From Ylistrum balloti (lineage: Eukaryota): 64,000 nt of DNA. Below are positions 31,519 through 44,039 of this stretch, one piece after another. The number at the start of each line of letters is the position of its first letter. Position 1 is the first letter of the stretch. Where the stretch lies: the NCBI RefSeq assembly GCF_031769215.1, contig NW_026782226.1, forward strand, positions 248,001-312,000, written 5' to 3'. The translations under genes were made by a program, and so were the position numbers. The notes under the pieces are model-generated. The model saw only the letters and a list, made by a program, of their open reading frames with translations, had not been told where the DNA came from and did not search any database.

Positions 31519-34500
31519 ATGTCAACTTCACTCAACGCCAAATTTCTTCGCAGGCTTTTAAGGCGGAATGTGGATATTCCAATATGCGTCCGGAGGGAAA
31601 CTTCGACCAGATTCTTGGCAACAACGAAGCAATACCGTGCTTGTGACATTGACAAACCGTCACCAATCAAAAGCCCAGGGACAGCTGACCATAGGACCCG
31701 ATTGATCAACAACCCTCTTCCCTTCAAGACTTTCCTTACAGGAGCAGCTCACACCGATCATGTCACTGTTGACACAGAAGAAGTTCCGTATGCTCCCGTT
31801 CAAATAGAGAAGGAAAACAGAAAAGGTGTCAACTTGCTTCATCCCATCATTCAATAACCAAGATTAACTCAAATGCCCCATCCCACCCCCACCCTAGTCA
31901 CAAGGCCTTGATAATTTGCTACAGTTTGTAGGTAAATACATGCATGGACCCATCCTGACTAAAAGAAAAAGGAAAAAAAACCCACAAGAAAACAAAAAAC
32001 CAAAAACCGGGTGTGCTGTCTGTAACACACAACTTCTCTTTAGCTAGCAAGACTTGTTAGCTATTAGTGTGAATACTTATACGATGTTTTTTTTTTCATT
32101 TTAAAATCAATAGCTGAAACCTATCATGTTCAAGAGATGAGAAATTATATCTACAGCCAAATGTCCTGGTTTCGAATTCCTAGCAGAAACATTGGAATAG
32201 ATAAATAATGTATGTTACATTGGAGTCCATTGTACATAGACACTTATAAGTTATTGATAGATATGCTTAGCCTTGCGTCCTTGCTGCACAAGTAGTGCAA
32301 TAAACCTGAACACAAGTTCTTTTCTGGAGATGGAGTATATGTGACCTTGTAAATAAATCCTGCAATATGTCTGTATACTACTTGACCAGGGAGTACTTTA
32401 CTTTGTGTATTGAGAAACATTTGAAAACTTTATTTTGGGAATCTTTGTAAATGTCTGTTTCCTTTATCAAGTAAAGAGTGAAAATGACTGATTCCTAATG
32501 ATAGTGGTCAAAAGTGTAAAATCAACTGTCAAGTTGTCATGATCATGACACATTTTCATCCCAATTGCATTCTTATATGACAGGGCCAAAAATACCTTCT
32601 GACAATTTGTTTGCTGACTTCACAATTTTGTCCATTTTCTGTTGGCAAGACTCAATCATTTGCACCCTTTACTTGGTAAAGGAAACAGACATTTTCCAAA
32701 TCTCACCAAATAATTTTCAGTTGCTGTTTGAGTTGAAAAATAAACATCTTCTCAATATATATGTATAACAAACTGATAGATTTATGATAGATTTAGTTCA
32801 ACTTGTTGGTACAGATAGCTTTTTTAGATTTGGTTTTATCACATGTACAACATAATTCACTGGTAGATTGTAGTCTGTGGAATGGAGCTTAGATCAGTAT
32901 ACAATTTCTATCAGATTGTAGGAGAACAATAAAGAAGCAAGCATTAAGCCTTACAGTTGTGATGATTCATGTGTAATTGATTCATTAGTGCACCTGAATG
33001 TTATTAATATTGCTATCAGATAAACAACACATATAACTTGCATTCCTGACATTTTCCTTCAGTGTACTTTGAAACCTATGGCTGCCAGATGAATGTGAAT
33101 GATACAGAAATAGCGATGGCTATCCTGGAGAAAAATGGATTTGAAATGACAACAAATGTGAAAGAGGTACAATATAGTAAGAAAATATTGATACATTAGT
33201 TTCATTATGGAACATCACCACCAGTGTTATTCAATATGAATTTATTCATGTGAATTGAGTGTCATGTTTATGACACCATACATAGTTATATCTATATCTT
33301 TAAAAGGCTGATGTCCTATTCATGATGACCTGCTCTATCAGGGAAGGTGCTGAACAAAAGATCTGGAAACGTCTAGAATACTACAAATCGCTGAAAAAGA
33401 AGCAATCATCCATGAAAATTGGTATTTTAGGTAGGTGCACATCAGTTGTTTTCAAAATCTTCCTAAACTGGAAAAAATTGAAAACTTGGTACTATAAATT
33501 CCAAAACTTAAATTTTAGTTTATTTTCTAAGTGTCCACTGTAACTCAGTCTGTTTAGAGTGTCGGAGAAGCATGGTTTGAAGTTCTCTACTGTTGACAGT
33601 TTGTTTGTCTCTGGAAGCTGAGTAAAAGACAGGTCTGTCTTGTTATGATCTTGTTCTTATTGTTTTGGAATGACATGCGACAAGTCTCTGGTATGTTGTC
33701 TAGTGTGGTAGCCATACCTCAAATGACTCCGGATATGTATGGGAAGATAACTGCAGCAAACCCATTTAGAATGTATTGTTCTGTCATTATTGGTTGTAAA
33801 CGTAAAATCTCTTCAGATAATTTACCATATCTATTCGGGAGTAAGCCCATGTCTGGTAATAAGCCCATTTGTATCTCTGAATGTTCAGTATGAATTACCA
33901 ACCAACAGTAGGCTACTATTTCAACATCCTGTAATATGCATATTATAACTTCAAGTCAGAGAAATTTGTTGGCTTCCTGAGATACATTACAGGGTAGATA
34001 CAGTGATGTAGTCATAAATGAAATGCTTAATAGATGGAAAATGGAAGTCAGTTAATATTTTGTATTCTTTAGATAACACTGTGAAACATGATTTATATCA
34101 AATAGAAAATAGAAAGGCTTATATTGGGTGTAATTTATAAGATTGACATTTGTAAGAATCCACATTTGGAAACTCAAATTGAGAAAGTCCAAAGAATACA
34201 TAAATAGCATGTCACTGTAGAAAGAATAACATTAAAATGTTATTACTGATTATCCTTCAGGGTGTATGGCTGAAAATCTAAAGAAGAAGATCATAGAGAA
34301 AGACAAACTTGTAGACATCGTGTGTGGGCCTGACGCTTACAAAGACCTCCCTCGTCTACTGGATGTCACATCAACTGGACAGGCAGCTGGTACAATATTG
34401 TTATGTTGTCACTCGCCTTATTATCAGATTCAGACCAAATTTGTGCATTTTTTAAAAAGAAATTTTATGAGGAATTCATCTTAGTCCAATAATTGAGAAG

Positions 34501-37500
34501 GATGCAGTGAGTCAGTTATTACACAATTTCTCACCAGTCAGGTACAACACTCGAGCGTTAAATTCTTTGTAACTTGAAAACTATACAAGAAATACAAGAA
34601 GCCATAACTTTGTTGAAACACATGACTCTCTTTGTGTATGTATGGCTGTGTTTGTCTACTGGTTGAGAAATGTAACTTGGTAATTCATATACATTGTATA
34701 TATAAATTCCAGACAGAGTTATGAAAACTTATGAATTTCTGATTTTGTCATTAGATGAATAAAGTTTTTTGTTTCTATTGCTCACAACATATTGAATACA
34801 TTTCAACTCCTGACAGTTTGGTGAGGTATTTTAATATAATGTATTTGACAATGTTCCTTTACAGTGAATGTGATGTTATCATTCGACGAGACATATGCTG
34901 ATGTGATGCCAGTTCGAGTAAAAAAAGATTCACCTTCTGCATTTGTGTAGGTACTTTTATGTTCTGAGTACTTTTAATATGGATTTGTGGATAGAATATT
35001 GAGAATGTTTGAAACTTCTGCAATTATTTTCCAAATCATTTTTAAAACAAAGTTGTTCTTTATATAAAAATATAAATGAAAGAAATATGACAGTCAGTGC
35101 TTGTCGCGTGTTAAATTTGCTGTTGATTAGATGTATTGTAATGATGCAATGTGCCTGCTGTTACTCTCAAAGATATAGGCCCCCCCCACTCAAGTTATGA
35201 ATGAGTTATCAATTACAAATCTTTTCCATTTATCAGTTTTGGCAACCTCATAAACATTAAGATGTGTTGAGCTTAGTTTTTCAGAAAGTGTATCAATACT
35301 ATGGCAACTAATATTACATATATGTAATTAAATCATATGGCATTTAACCCAAACCTGGACAAATCTGAAATATTTTCAAGATAAGATCAGAAATGCAGCC
35401 TTTCTTAGGGTTTTGAGTAAGAAACAGACTTATCTTATCACATTTACGATGTCTTGATTGAATATTCACCTGATATCAGACAACCCATCCACAAATTTCA
35501 TTGATTTTCATATGTGTATGAGAGTCTTGAGTATTTTATTCACAGGTCTATCATGAGAGGCTGTGACAACATGTGTACCTACTGTATTGTGCCATTCACT
35601 AGGGGCAAGGAAAGGAGTCGCCCCATAGCGTCGATAGTGGAAGAGGTCCAGGCCTTATCTGATCAGGCAAGTAATTTATTTAGATAGAAATATGTAGACA
35701 ACAAGTTTGACTAAAATTGTGTCTTTTGTCTGAGCAGAAGCATATATCTTTGTGTAGAAAATTTAAGTTTTTATTTGTAGAGATACAAACCAGAAATCAG
35801 TAAAGTGGATTAAAAAGATGGCTATGTAGTATTGTTTGATTCTACAGTTGGATTGAAGTCTGTGCTGTCAGGCACATGAATTTTCTATCAGAGGTTCCAG
35901 TTTCTTTCCATGTGGAAAGTTGTGCATGGTTTGCTCAGGTAGATAGTATAAGATATAAGTTGATCAAAAGTACGTTTGTATCTCTTATTTATTATAGATT
36001 AAGATCTTACTTATGAGTGACAGCACAAAGAAAGGAGATCTTCCAACTTGTTAAAAATTTGAATTAGTAAAATTAGATTCTGTAATCAACAATTGATTGA
36101 CACTTTTTTCAGGGGTTAAAAGAAATCACACTGCTTGGGCAAAATGTCAATAGCTACTTGGATAAATCAGAGTCCAAGTTTTATGGTGGATTTGATGCTA
36201 ATACTCCAACAAAAAATAGTTTAGGATTTAAGACAGTTTACAAGCCAAAGGTTGGAGGGCGAAGATTCAGTGATTTGTTACAGGCAGTATCAAGGGTAGA
36301 CCCAGAGATGAGGATTCGATTCACCTCACCACATCCAAAAGACTTTCCAGACGAGGTAGGCAGTGATTCTGTTACGTATTTCACTATTAGCTGGTCATGT
36401 GGCAAAGTCAAATGGAATGAAAGAGAGTTACCTACCCCTATATTTAGAAATAAAGAAAAATGTTTCAGTTATCTTTGGTCACAGTATATTTAGAGTTAAA
36501 GTACATATTACAGTTATTAGTAACACTGGTAATGTGTAGCTACCAGATGTTTGGTTAGACTTGACATGTAACTAACATTAGCTAGTGAGTACAATATTTT
36601 TGACTGATTCTCCTAACTGTAACATTTGAATATGAAACATGGTTGAGTATAGTTGCTGTAATATTTCCTGTAAGTTATAACATCAGACATTATTAAGCTT
36701 GTTGCTGATCAACAGGTCCTATATATGATGAAAGATCAGCCAAACATCTGTAATCAAATTCACCTACCTGCCCAGAGTGGCAGTACAGCTGTGCTTCAGG
36801 CCATGCGACGTGGCTACTCACGGGAGTCCTACTTGGAACTGGTACATCACATCTGGGATATTATACCAGGTAAATCAGTACATATATAAACAATGACTGG
36901 AAAGAAAATTAACCATGAAATGAATTAATGATAAAATAGTTATTTGAGAAGCCCAGACACAAGCTTGCGAAACCAAAAACCATCACATTATGGCAGTATA
37001 AGTTTTGATGAATTCCTTTGATAAATTGGCCAAGTATTTATTGCCAGAATAAAAGCTGAAATTTCATCATCACCTATGCATGTAGGTGTTTGACACTTCA
37101 ATCACATATACAAACTGGGGGCAGTATATGTGGATATTCAGAAAAAATTGGGGCTATAATACAGTTTGATACTTCGTATTTCTACATAAATATGCTCTTT
37201 AGTTTCCATTCTTGAGGTATGTAAGAACAGACTTGCATGGAGGGGTATCATATCATTCATATGCAACATGGTCCCTTGAGTCCTTTTTTTGTTTTGTTTT
37301 AAATAGCTACTGCAATGTACCTTCCAATAGGTCTTCTAAGAGATAGCAGCAAATTAAGCCATTCCAAATAAAATCCAAGAAGTGATTTTTATATCAGCAA
37401 TGGCACAGTTGATTGGACACATGCTTGGCCTCAGATGCAGGACAAATTTTTGTCACTCTCCACCATATATTGGATTTTACTTCTTTGCTTATGTTCAACC

Positions 37501-40500
37501 TTACTTTTTTTTTACAAGTAATCTGAATTTTCATCATCCAACTATGCTGTTAAACATAACATATTACAATGTGTTGGTTGATTTGTTTTAGACGTATCAC
37601 TGTCCAGTGACTTTATTGCGGGATTCTGTGGAGAGACTGAGGCAGACCACGAGGACACTCTGTCACTGATGAACATCGTACAATATAACTTTGTATTTAT
37701 GTTTCCCTACAGTATGAGAAATGTAAGTTTATTTAAACACTGTTTATTAAAATGTCAGTTGTATATATCTACAAACTAAATTTAAAATTGATATTGATTT
37801 CACAGAAACGGTATTCCATCATTCATTCTCTTATAATTACGGCCTTTTGCTTAATAGATAATGTATTTTATGATTTATATGAAATGTAATTTTTGTTGGA
37901 AAAGTAGCTGTAGAATAAGTTTATCATGTGTTTTAAAAGTATTAGCTAAATTATTAGATCAAGTTCATTCCCGTATGACTGTGTGTAAGAATTACTGCAA
38001 GCATATTGATGTCTGTTAATTCATAGGGCCTGAAGTTTTTGCAGCATCTGTTGTCTTTAAGATTTGCATCAATTTTTTCCATTGAAACGACTTCTTAAGT
38101 TAAAGGCCTAGGATTAGGATATGTGGGTGGTAGGTTCCTGGGATGAAGCTTGACGAAATTAAAAAAAAAAAAAAAATTGATCCTTGATCCATATTCAAGG
38201 TCACAGGGATCAAATTGATGTGATCTGTATTTGTGAACACATATAATACGAGGTGAGAAACACAGGCCCAGTGGGCCTCTTGCATTATCCATCAATATGA
38301 TTAAGTTGTTTTAATTTTTTCCACCATTCTTTTAAATTTTGTCATGTGCTAATTGACAACTAGAGAGGTCAGTTTTAAAGAAAAAAACTTAGAATAGAAC
38401 AAAGTAACATCACTCGGTTTTGGAAATGTTGTGGAGTTATCAAAAGGTTTTCCACACAGGGTTAATTGCTGTCACATATGGTTGGGCATTCTAAATTTGT
38501 ACATAGCCTCAACCTTAAATAGAAATCTAAGTCCATGATAAGTTGATTTAATAAGAAAACCGTCGTTGCATTGTCACACTCAGAATATTTATAAGAAAAA
38601 AAACATGTATATATTGCATTTGACATGCAAATTATTAACCACATTGTTTTATATGCCAGAAATCCTGAGATATAATCACCATTAATGGATTGATATTTTG
38701 CAATATATAATACTGTAATTCTGTATTACAGAAGACACATGCCTACCACAAGTTACAAGATGATGTTCCTGATGATGTCAAGAGGCGACGTCATCAAGAG
38801 ATTACAAAAGTATTTCGGGAAGGGGCTCTGAAGCGGAACCAGGCTCAGATTGGACAGGAACAACTTGTGTTGGTGGAATCAGTAAGTCTTTAACTGTTTG
38901 CAATGGTCAATGTATATTGTATCATTTAAAAACTAAACGCATGATCCCTGATCCCGTGAATAAATCAGAATAGCTGTTTTTCCAGTTAGCTGAAAATGAG
39001 GAAGCTTTTCTCGAATTTTAGTCAATTCAGTCATGTGACTTTAAAATTTTGTTAGCCCTGAGAATGTCTGGTTTGTGCATTTGATGGTTAACAGTGCGAG
39101 AATTTCAAGTATCAATGCATTATTCTATTGTGAATAGGTGCTGTTACAATGGAAACAAAGAGGAAAGATGCCATCAAATATCAAAGCTAATTTTCTTTTA
39201 TTTCAAACCCCTAATATTCCAAGGTCGAAAAAAGGAAATACTCACAGAACTTTAGGAAGTGTTTCAGGATACTTCCTCACCTCAGAGGTTGATTCAGTCA
39301 CGATTCAGTTATAACTCAGTGATATGATATATAAAATATATTTTAAGATGTCTGTACAGAATATACTGAAAACTTGATAATCTTGAATTAAGCACGATTC
39401 ATGGATTAAATATGAGTTTATCCTAGACTGGAATAAAGTAGGGATAACACAATTTCTGAAAGTTGGAGCTAATCAAGAAACCGGCTTCGGGAATGTTTAA
39501 CTCAAAAAGTAACTATTAAACTACTTTGTTGATCGACATCACTAGTCAAGGACATTTACAAGGTGAAAGGCAAGTGTGTTACTACAAAACCACCCTAAGG
39601 TAGATTCATGTTTACACTTGAATTTGATAAAATTTTCTTTAATAGTAAACGTTGAAATGCAAATCCTTGTGTCCTTGACAACCACTCTGATATATCTGCT
39701 TTATATACAGGTAAGTAAAAGATCCAATGATGACATGGCAGGTAGAAATGATGGCAACACCAAAGTGATTCTGGCAAGCAGTGGAGCATCAGCTGAGAAC
39801 AACTTAAATCTTAAACCTGGAGACTACGTTGTCACTGAGGTAATGACTTCATGAAAAAGATACATGTAATTTTGATTGATAAGTCTCGCTATTTGTGACC
39901 TGAATTTCTGTCAAGATTAATAAAACTTGACAGTTAATCAGTCCAACACCAAATAATTATTTTTAGATATCCTGTTCCGATAAAATTGAAACTTAAATTA
40001 TACTCATGGTTTTCAGATTTCTTAAATGACTAGAAAATAGACATAAAGATATTAATGAAAAAATAGCCATGAAAACACTATTAACAAAATATAGACATGA
40101 AAACACTATTAACGAAGCATAACTATGAAAACAATAATGAAATATAGCTATGAAAACAATAATGAAATGTAGCTATGAAAACACTATTAACAAAATGTAG
40201 CTATGAAAACACAATTAAGGAAATACAGCCATGAAAACATTATTAAACAAATACAGCCATGAAAGCACTATTAAACAAAATGAAGCTATGAAAACACTAT
40301 TAAACAAATACAGCCATGAAAACACTATTAAACAAATACAGCCATGAAAATACTATGAACGAATATAGCCATGAAAACACTATTAACGAATATAGCCATG
40401 AAAACACTATTAAACAAATAGAGCCATGAAAACACTATTAAACAAATAGAGCCATGAAAACACTATTAAACAAAATATAGCCATGAAAACACTATTAATG

Positions 40501-41180
40501 CAATATAACTATGAAAACATTATTAACAAAGTATAACTATGAAAACACTGTTAACAAAATTTTGCCACTTTTAAAGAACAGGATGATTTATGTTGTAATA
40601 TTTGTGTATTTACAAGAAAGCTTTTAATTGTGAAAGATTTGTATTTGATAATAAGGAGAAAAATATCAATAAATCATAAAAAAGTTGAAGTTGAAGAAAA
40701 ACCCTTCTGTAATCAAAAAATTTTTTTCCACTGAAACTAAAATCAGCATTTCTTTCTCTTTAACTGATGGTTTCAAAGTTCTCTACCTGAACTGCCAAAC
40801 AGAGAAAGTACTTTTATGGCCAGATAGAAATATATCTAATATGAATTTATTGAAAATTGGAGTTAGTATTAGTGTCACAGGCATTCATGATGGTTAGCTT
40901 CTTAATTAAACCTCTTGTAAAATCTGACTGTTAAATGCAATTGGAATAAACAGTTTCATCTTCAAAAATTGTAATTGAATCACATATTAAAGATAAAATG
41001 AACACAGAATTAATTAGTGGAATTGTAATTGATTAACTTGAATTTTCATTTCAGATTACTTCCTGTTCATCTCAAGTTTTACATGGAAGACCGTTATACA
41101 CCAGTACTGTTCAAGACTTTAACAAATCTCAACACAGTTATCAGAGCAGCACACATCAACGGACTGCTGTTATAAATTAG
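31519..41180 (+). CDS. CDK5RAP1: Mitochondrial tRNA methylthiotransferase (MiaB-like radical SAM enzyme), 12 coding exons
   Basis: Exon 1 (31519-31825) has an Arg-rich presequence. Later exons start at about 33064, 33308, 34261, 34866, 35547, 36113, 36716, 37592, 38733, 39711 and 41055. Motifs: [49 protein letters not shown] (CxxxCxxC), [26 protein letters not shown], and TRAM-region GRNDGN. Confidence 0.96.
38150..38284 (+). mobile_element. 3' fragment of a HINE-type repeat in a CDK5RAP1 intron
   Basis: ccttgatccatattcaaggtcacagggatcaaa and 3' gaggtgagaaacacaggcccagtgggcctcttg, the same motifs as in the 8.3-9.2 kb and 42.6-44.0 kb elements. Confidence 0.6.
40063..40556 (+). repeat. Minisatellite with a unit of about 28 bp (agccatgaaaacactattaaacaaatac), about 17-18 copies, in the last CDK5RAP1 intron
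   Basis: Periodic gccatgaaaacactatt / gctatgaaaac seen directly (for example 40228 and 40256). Confidence 0.92.
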
Positions 41181-42603
41181 ATGCGATCCAAGATTTAAAT
41201 ATGTGATATATATCTGATTCTAAATAAATATGCTTGTGAGATTGTATGAGAATACTGTAGTTTTAAATCTTTGTAAATGTAACAATATATTCTCTAGTTT
41301 TACCAGAAAAATGTTAAGTTATTAATTGTGTGTGCTATGTCCACTCAGGGTCCTTTAGTGCATTATCAAATAGCTATCACTGAATCGGTTGTCAAATTTG
41401 TGTGAAAACTAATTTGGATATGACAGTTTGATGCTTTAGAGTTATGGCCCTTTACAGAGAACAGACAGTGTCCAATCTAATATAAAGTAGGTGAATATCA
41501 GACTGTAAACTTAGGAACAGTTGAGTATGAATATGTACAAGTAGAATGAATGATATTATGGTGTCATAATGTTTTGAGTTATGGCCCTTTATGAATTCAA
41601 GATGCTGTCTACTTACCACAGTGGATAATGATCAATAAATGAGTTGAAAAATAGGAAAATATTAGTTTAAAGGAATGAAATAGGATTACCAATAATATCA
41701 GACTTTTTTCAGGTGGTATGGCCATCGATAATTAATGAGTAGTGTAATGTAATTAGAAATGGAGATTTAAACTTCAAAGAAAGGTTAGTTAATGTCAAGC
41801 CAGCATTGTTATCATAATCATAGGAGGTTTTTGAAGATATATTCCTTTTTTTAATATGTGTAAACCATGTCCAGTTCATGTTTGCAGTAAATATCACTTG
41901 TTTTACATGCATGTGAAATGTATGTGAAAGATTAATCTACACCAAAAGTCAGAGTGTATTCACTACTTTGATTGAACAATGATATTTAGAGCTACAGTTG
42001 TATAGCCCTATTGGTGTTGGCTACACTCTTCTTCTAGAACACTTCAAACAACTGGGAACTGACACTTCGTCAGGAGTAACCTGGGTTGAAGTACATTGCA
42101 ATTTTCTCATATGAATGACGTTGACCTATTTCCAATGTCAATCGGGTAAATTATATTAAAACTTTAAGACGTCTGTTAATACTTAAGATTTAGTGCCACA
42201 AAGTTTCCTTATATAAATGTCTATTTCCGAGGTCACAAATGTCAAACGTGTACACTGTAAAGACAAATTTCAATTTGCTGAAGATCCACGGTGATGATGT
42301 ATCGCCCTAAGGTACATGTGCCTTGGATTCAGTGCTACTGAGTTTCCTCCAATAAATGACTGATATATTTTCGCTGGAGTCAAATATGTTAAAAACTTGA
42401 AAAATAACCTTTTTAAGCGTCTTTTCAATTTCAGAAGACTTTGGGTCCTGTCATTTTCAAGCAGGTTTCTGAAGAAGCGATGCAGATTTTCCTGATTTAG
42501 GAAACCACAAATTTATAGAAGTTAGAAAAGCCAAAGATTAACACTTTCCAGATTATAAAGTGTGACCATCATTTGTTACAAATACATATCACGAAAACTG
42601 ACA

Positions 42604-44039
42604 TTTTATTAGGTCATCTGACCAGAAGGGTCGAGATGACCTATAGCCATCGTGCTTTGTGCGTCGTCGTCCGCCGTCCGCTGTCAGCCGTGCGTCGTGC
42701 GTCGTCCGTAAACTTTTCATTCAAAAAACTTCTTCTCAAATACTAGAAGGCCTAGGGGGCTAATACTTGGCCCATAGCATGCTGGCATGGAGCCCTACAA
42801 ATTTTTTCAAATTAATGACCTTGACCCACTTTCAAGGTCACAGGGATCAAATATGTTAAAATATACAAAGAACTTCTTCTCATAAAGCAAAAGTCCATGA
42901 GTGCTGATATTGGGTCTGTAGCATGCTGGGATGAAGTTCTACCAAGTTTGTTCAAATGAATGACCTTGATCCACTTTCAAGGTCACAGGGGTCAAATATA
43001 TTAAAATATACAAACGACTTCTCAATAAGCAAAAGTCCATGAGTTCTGACATTGGGTCTGTAGCATGCTGGGATGAAGGGCTACCAAGATTGTTTAAATG
43101 AATGACCTTGACCCACTTTCAAGGTCACAGGGGTCAAATATATTAAAATATACAAACAACTTCTCAATAAGCAAAAGTCCATGAGTTCTGACATTGGGTC
43201 TGTAGCATGCTGGGATGAAGGGCTAACAAGATTGTTTAAATGAATGACCTTGACCCACTTTCAAGGTCACAGGGGTCAAATATATTAAAATATACAAACG
43301 ACTTCTCAATAAGCAAAAGTCCATGAGTTCTGACATTGGGTCTGTAGCATGCTGGGATGAAAGGCTACCAAGTTTGTTCAAATGAATGACCTTGATCCAC
43401 TTTCAAGGTCACAGGGGTCAAATATGTTGAATTTTTTAAACTTCTTCTCAACAACCAAAAGGCTCAGATTGCTGATATTAGGTCTGTAGCATGCTGGGAT
43501 GAAGGGCTACCAAGTTTGTTCAAATGAATGACCTTGATCCACTTTCAAGGTCACAGGGGTCAATTACGTTAAAATATACAAACAACTTCTCTTCAATAAG
43601 CAAAAGTCCAAGAGTGCTGATAATGCTGGGATGACATGCTACTAAATTTGTTCAAATAAATGACCTTGGCCCACTTTCAAGGTCACAGGAGTTAAATATG
43701 TTAAAATATGCAAATGACTTCTCAATAACCAAAATGATTAGAGTGCTGATATTGGGCCTGTAGGATGCTTTTGAGGAAGTGTTACCAAATGTGTTCAAGT
43801 GAATGACCTTGACCCACTTTCAAGATCACAGGGTTCAAATATGTTAAAATCTGTAAACGATTTCTTCTCAGTAACCAAAAGGCTCAGAGTGCTGATATTG
43901 GGCCTGTAGGATGCTGGGAGGAAGGGCTACCAAGTTTATTCAAATGAATAAAGCCCACTGTTTTAACGGCAGACTCACTGCTGTTAAGTTTGGCTTGCTT
44001 TTTGTCAGATGACCGTTAAGGCCCATGGGCCTCTTGTTT
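42604..44039 (+). mobile_element. Full-length HINE (Helentron-associated) element with eight or more repeats of about 142 bp
   Basis: 5' tttattaggtcatctgac and 3' gtcagatgacc sub-terminal inverted repeats; (CGT/CCG)n-like microsatellite after the 5' end; aatgaccttga units at 42814, 42959, 43101, 43243, 43385, 43527, 43659 and 43802; 3' ggcccatgggcc palindrome followed by tcttgttt. Confidence 0.85.

Noticed and set aside
40063-40556. Regular 28-bp repeats (and the 142-bp arrays) as a CRISPR array
   Set aside because: Units are contiguous with no unique spacers, there are no cas genes, and the context is a eukaryotic intron.
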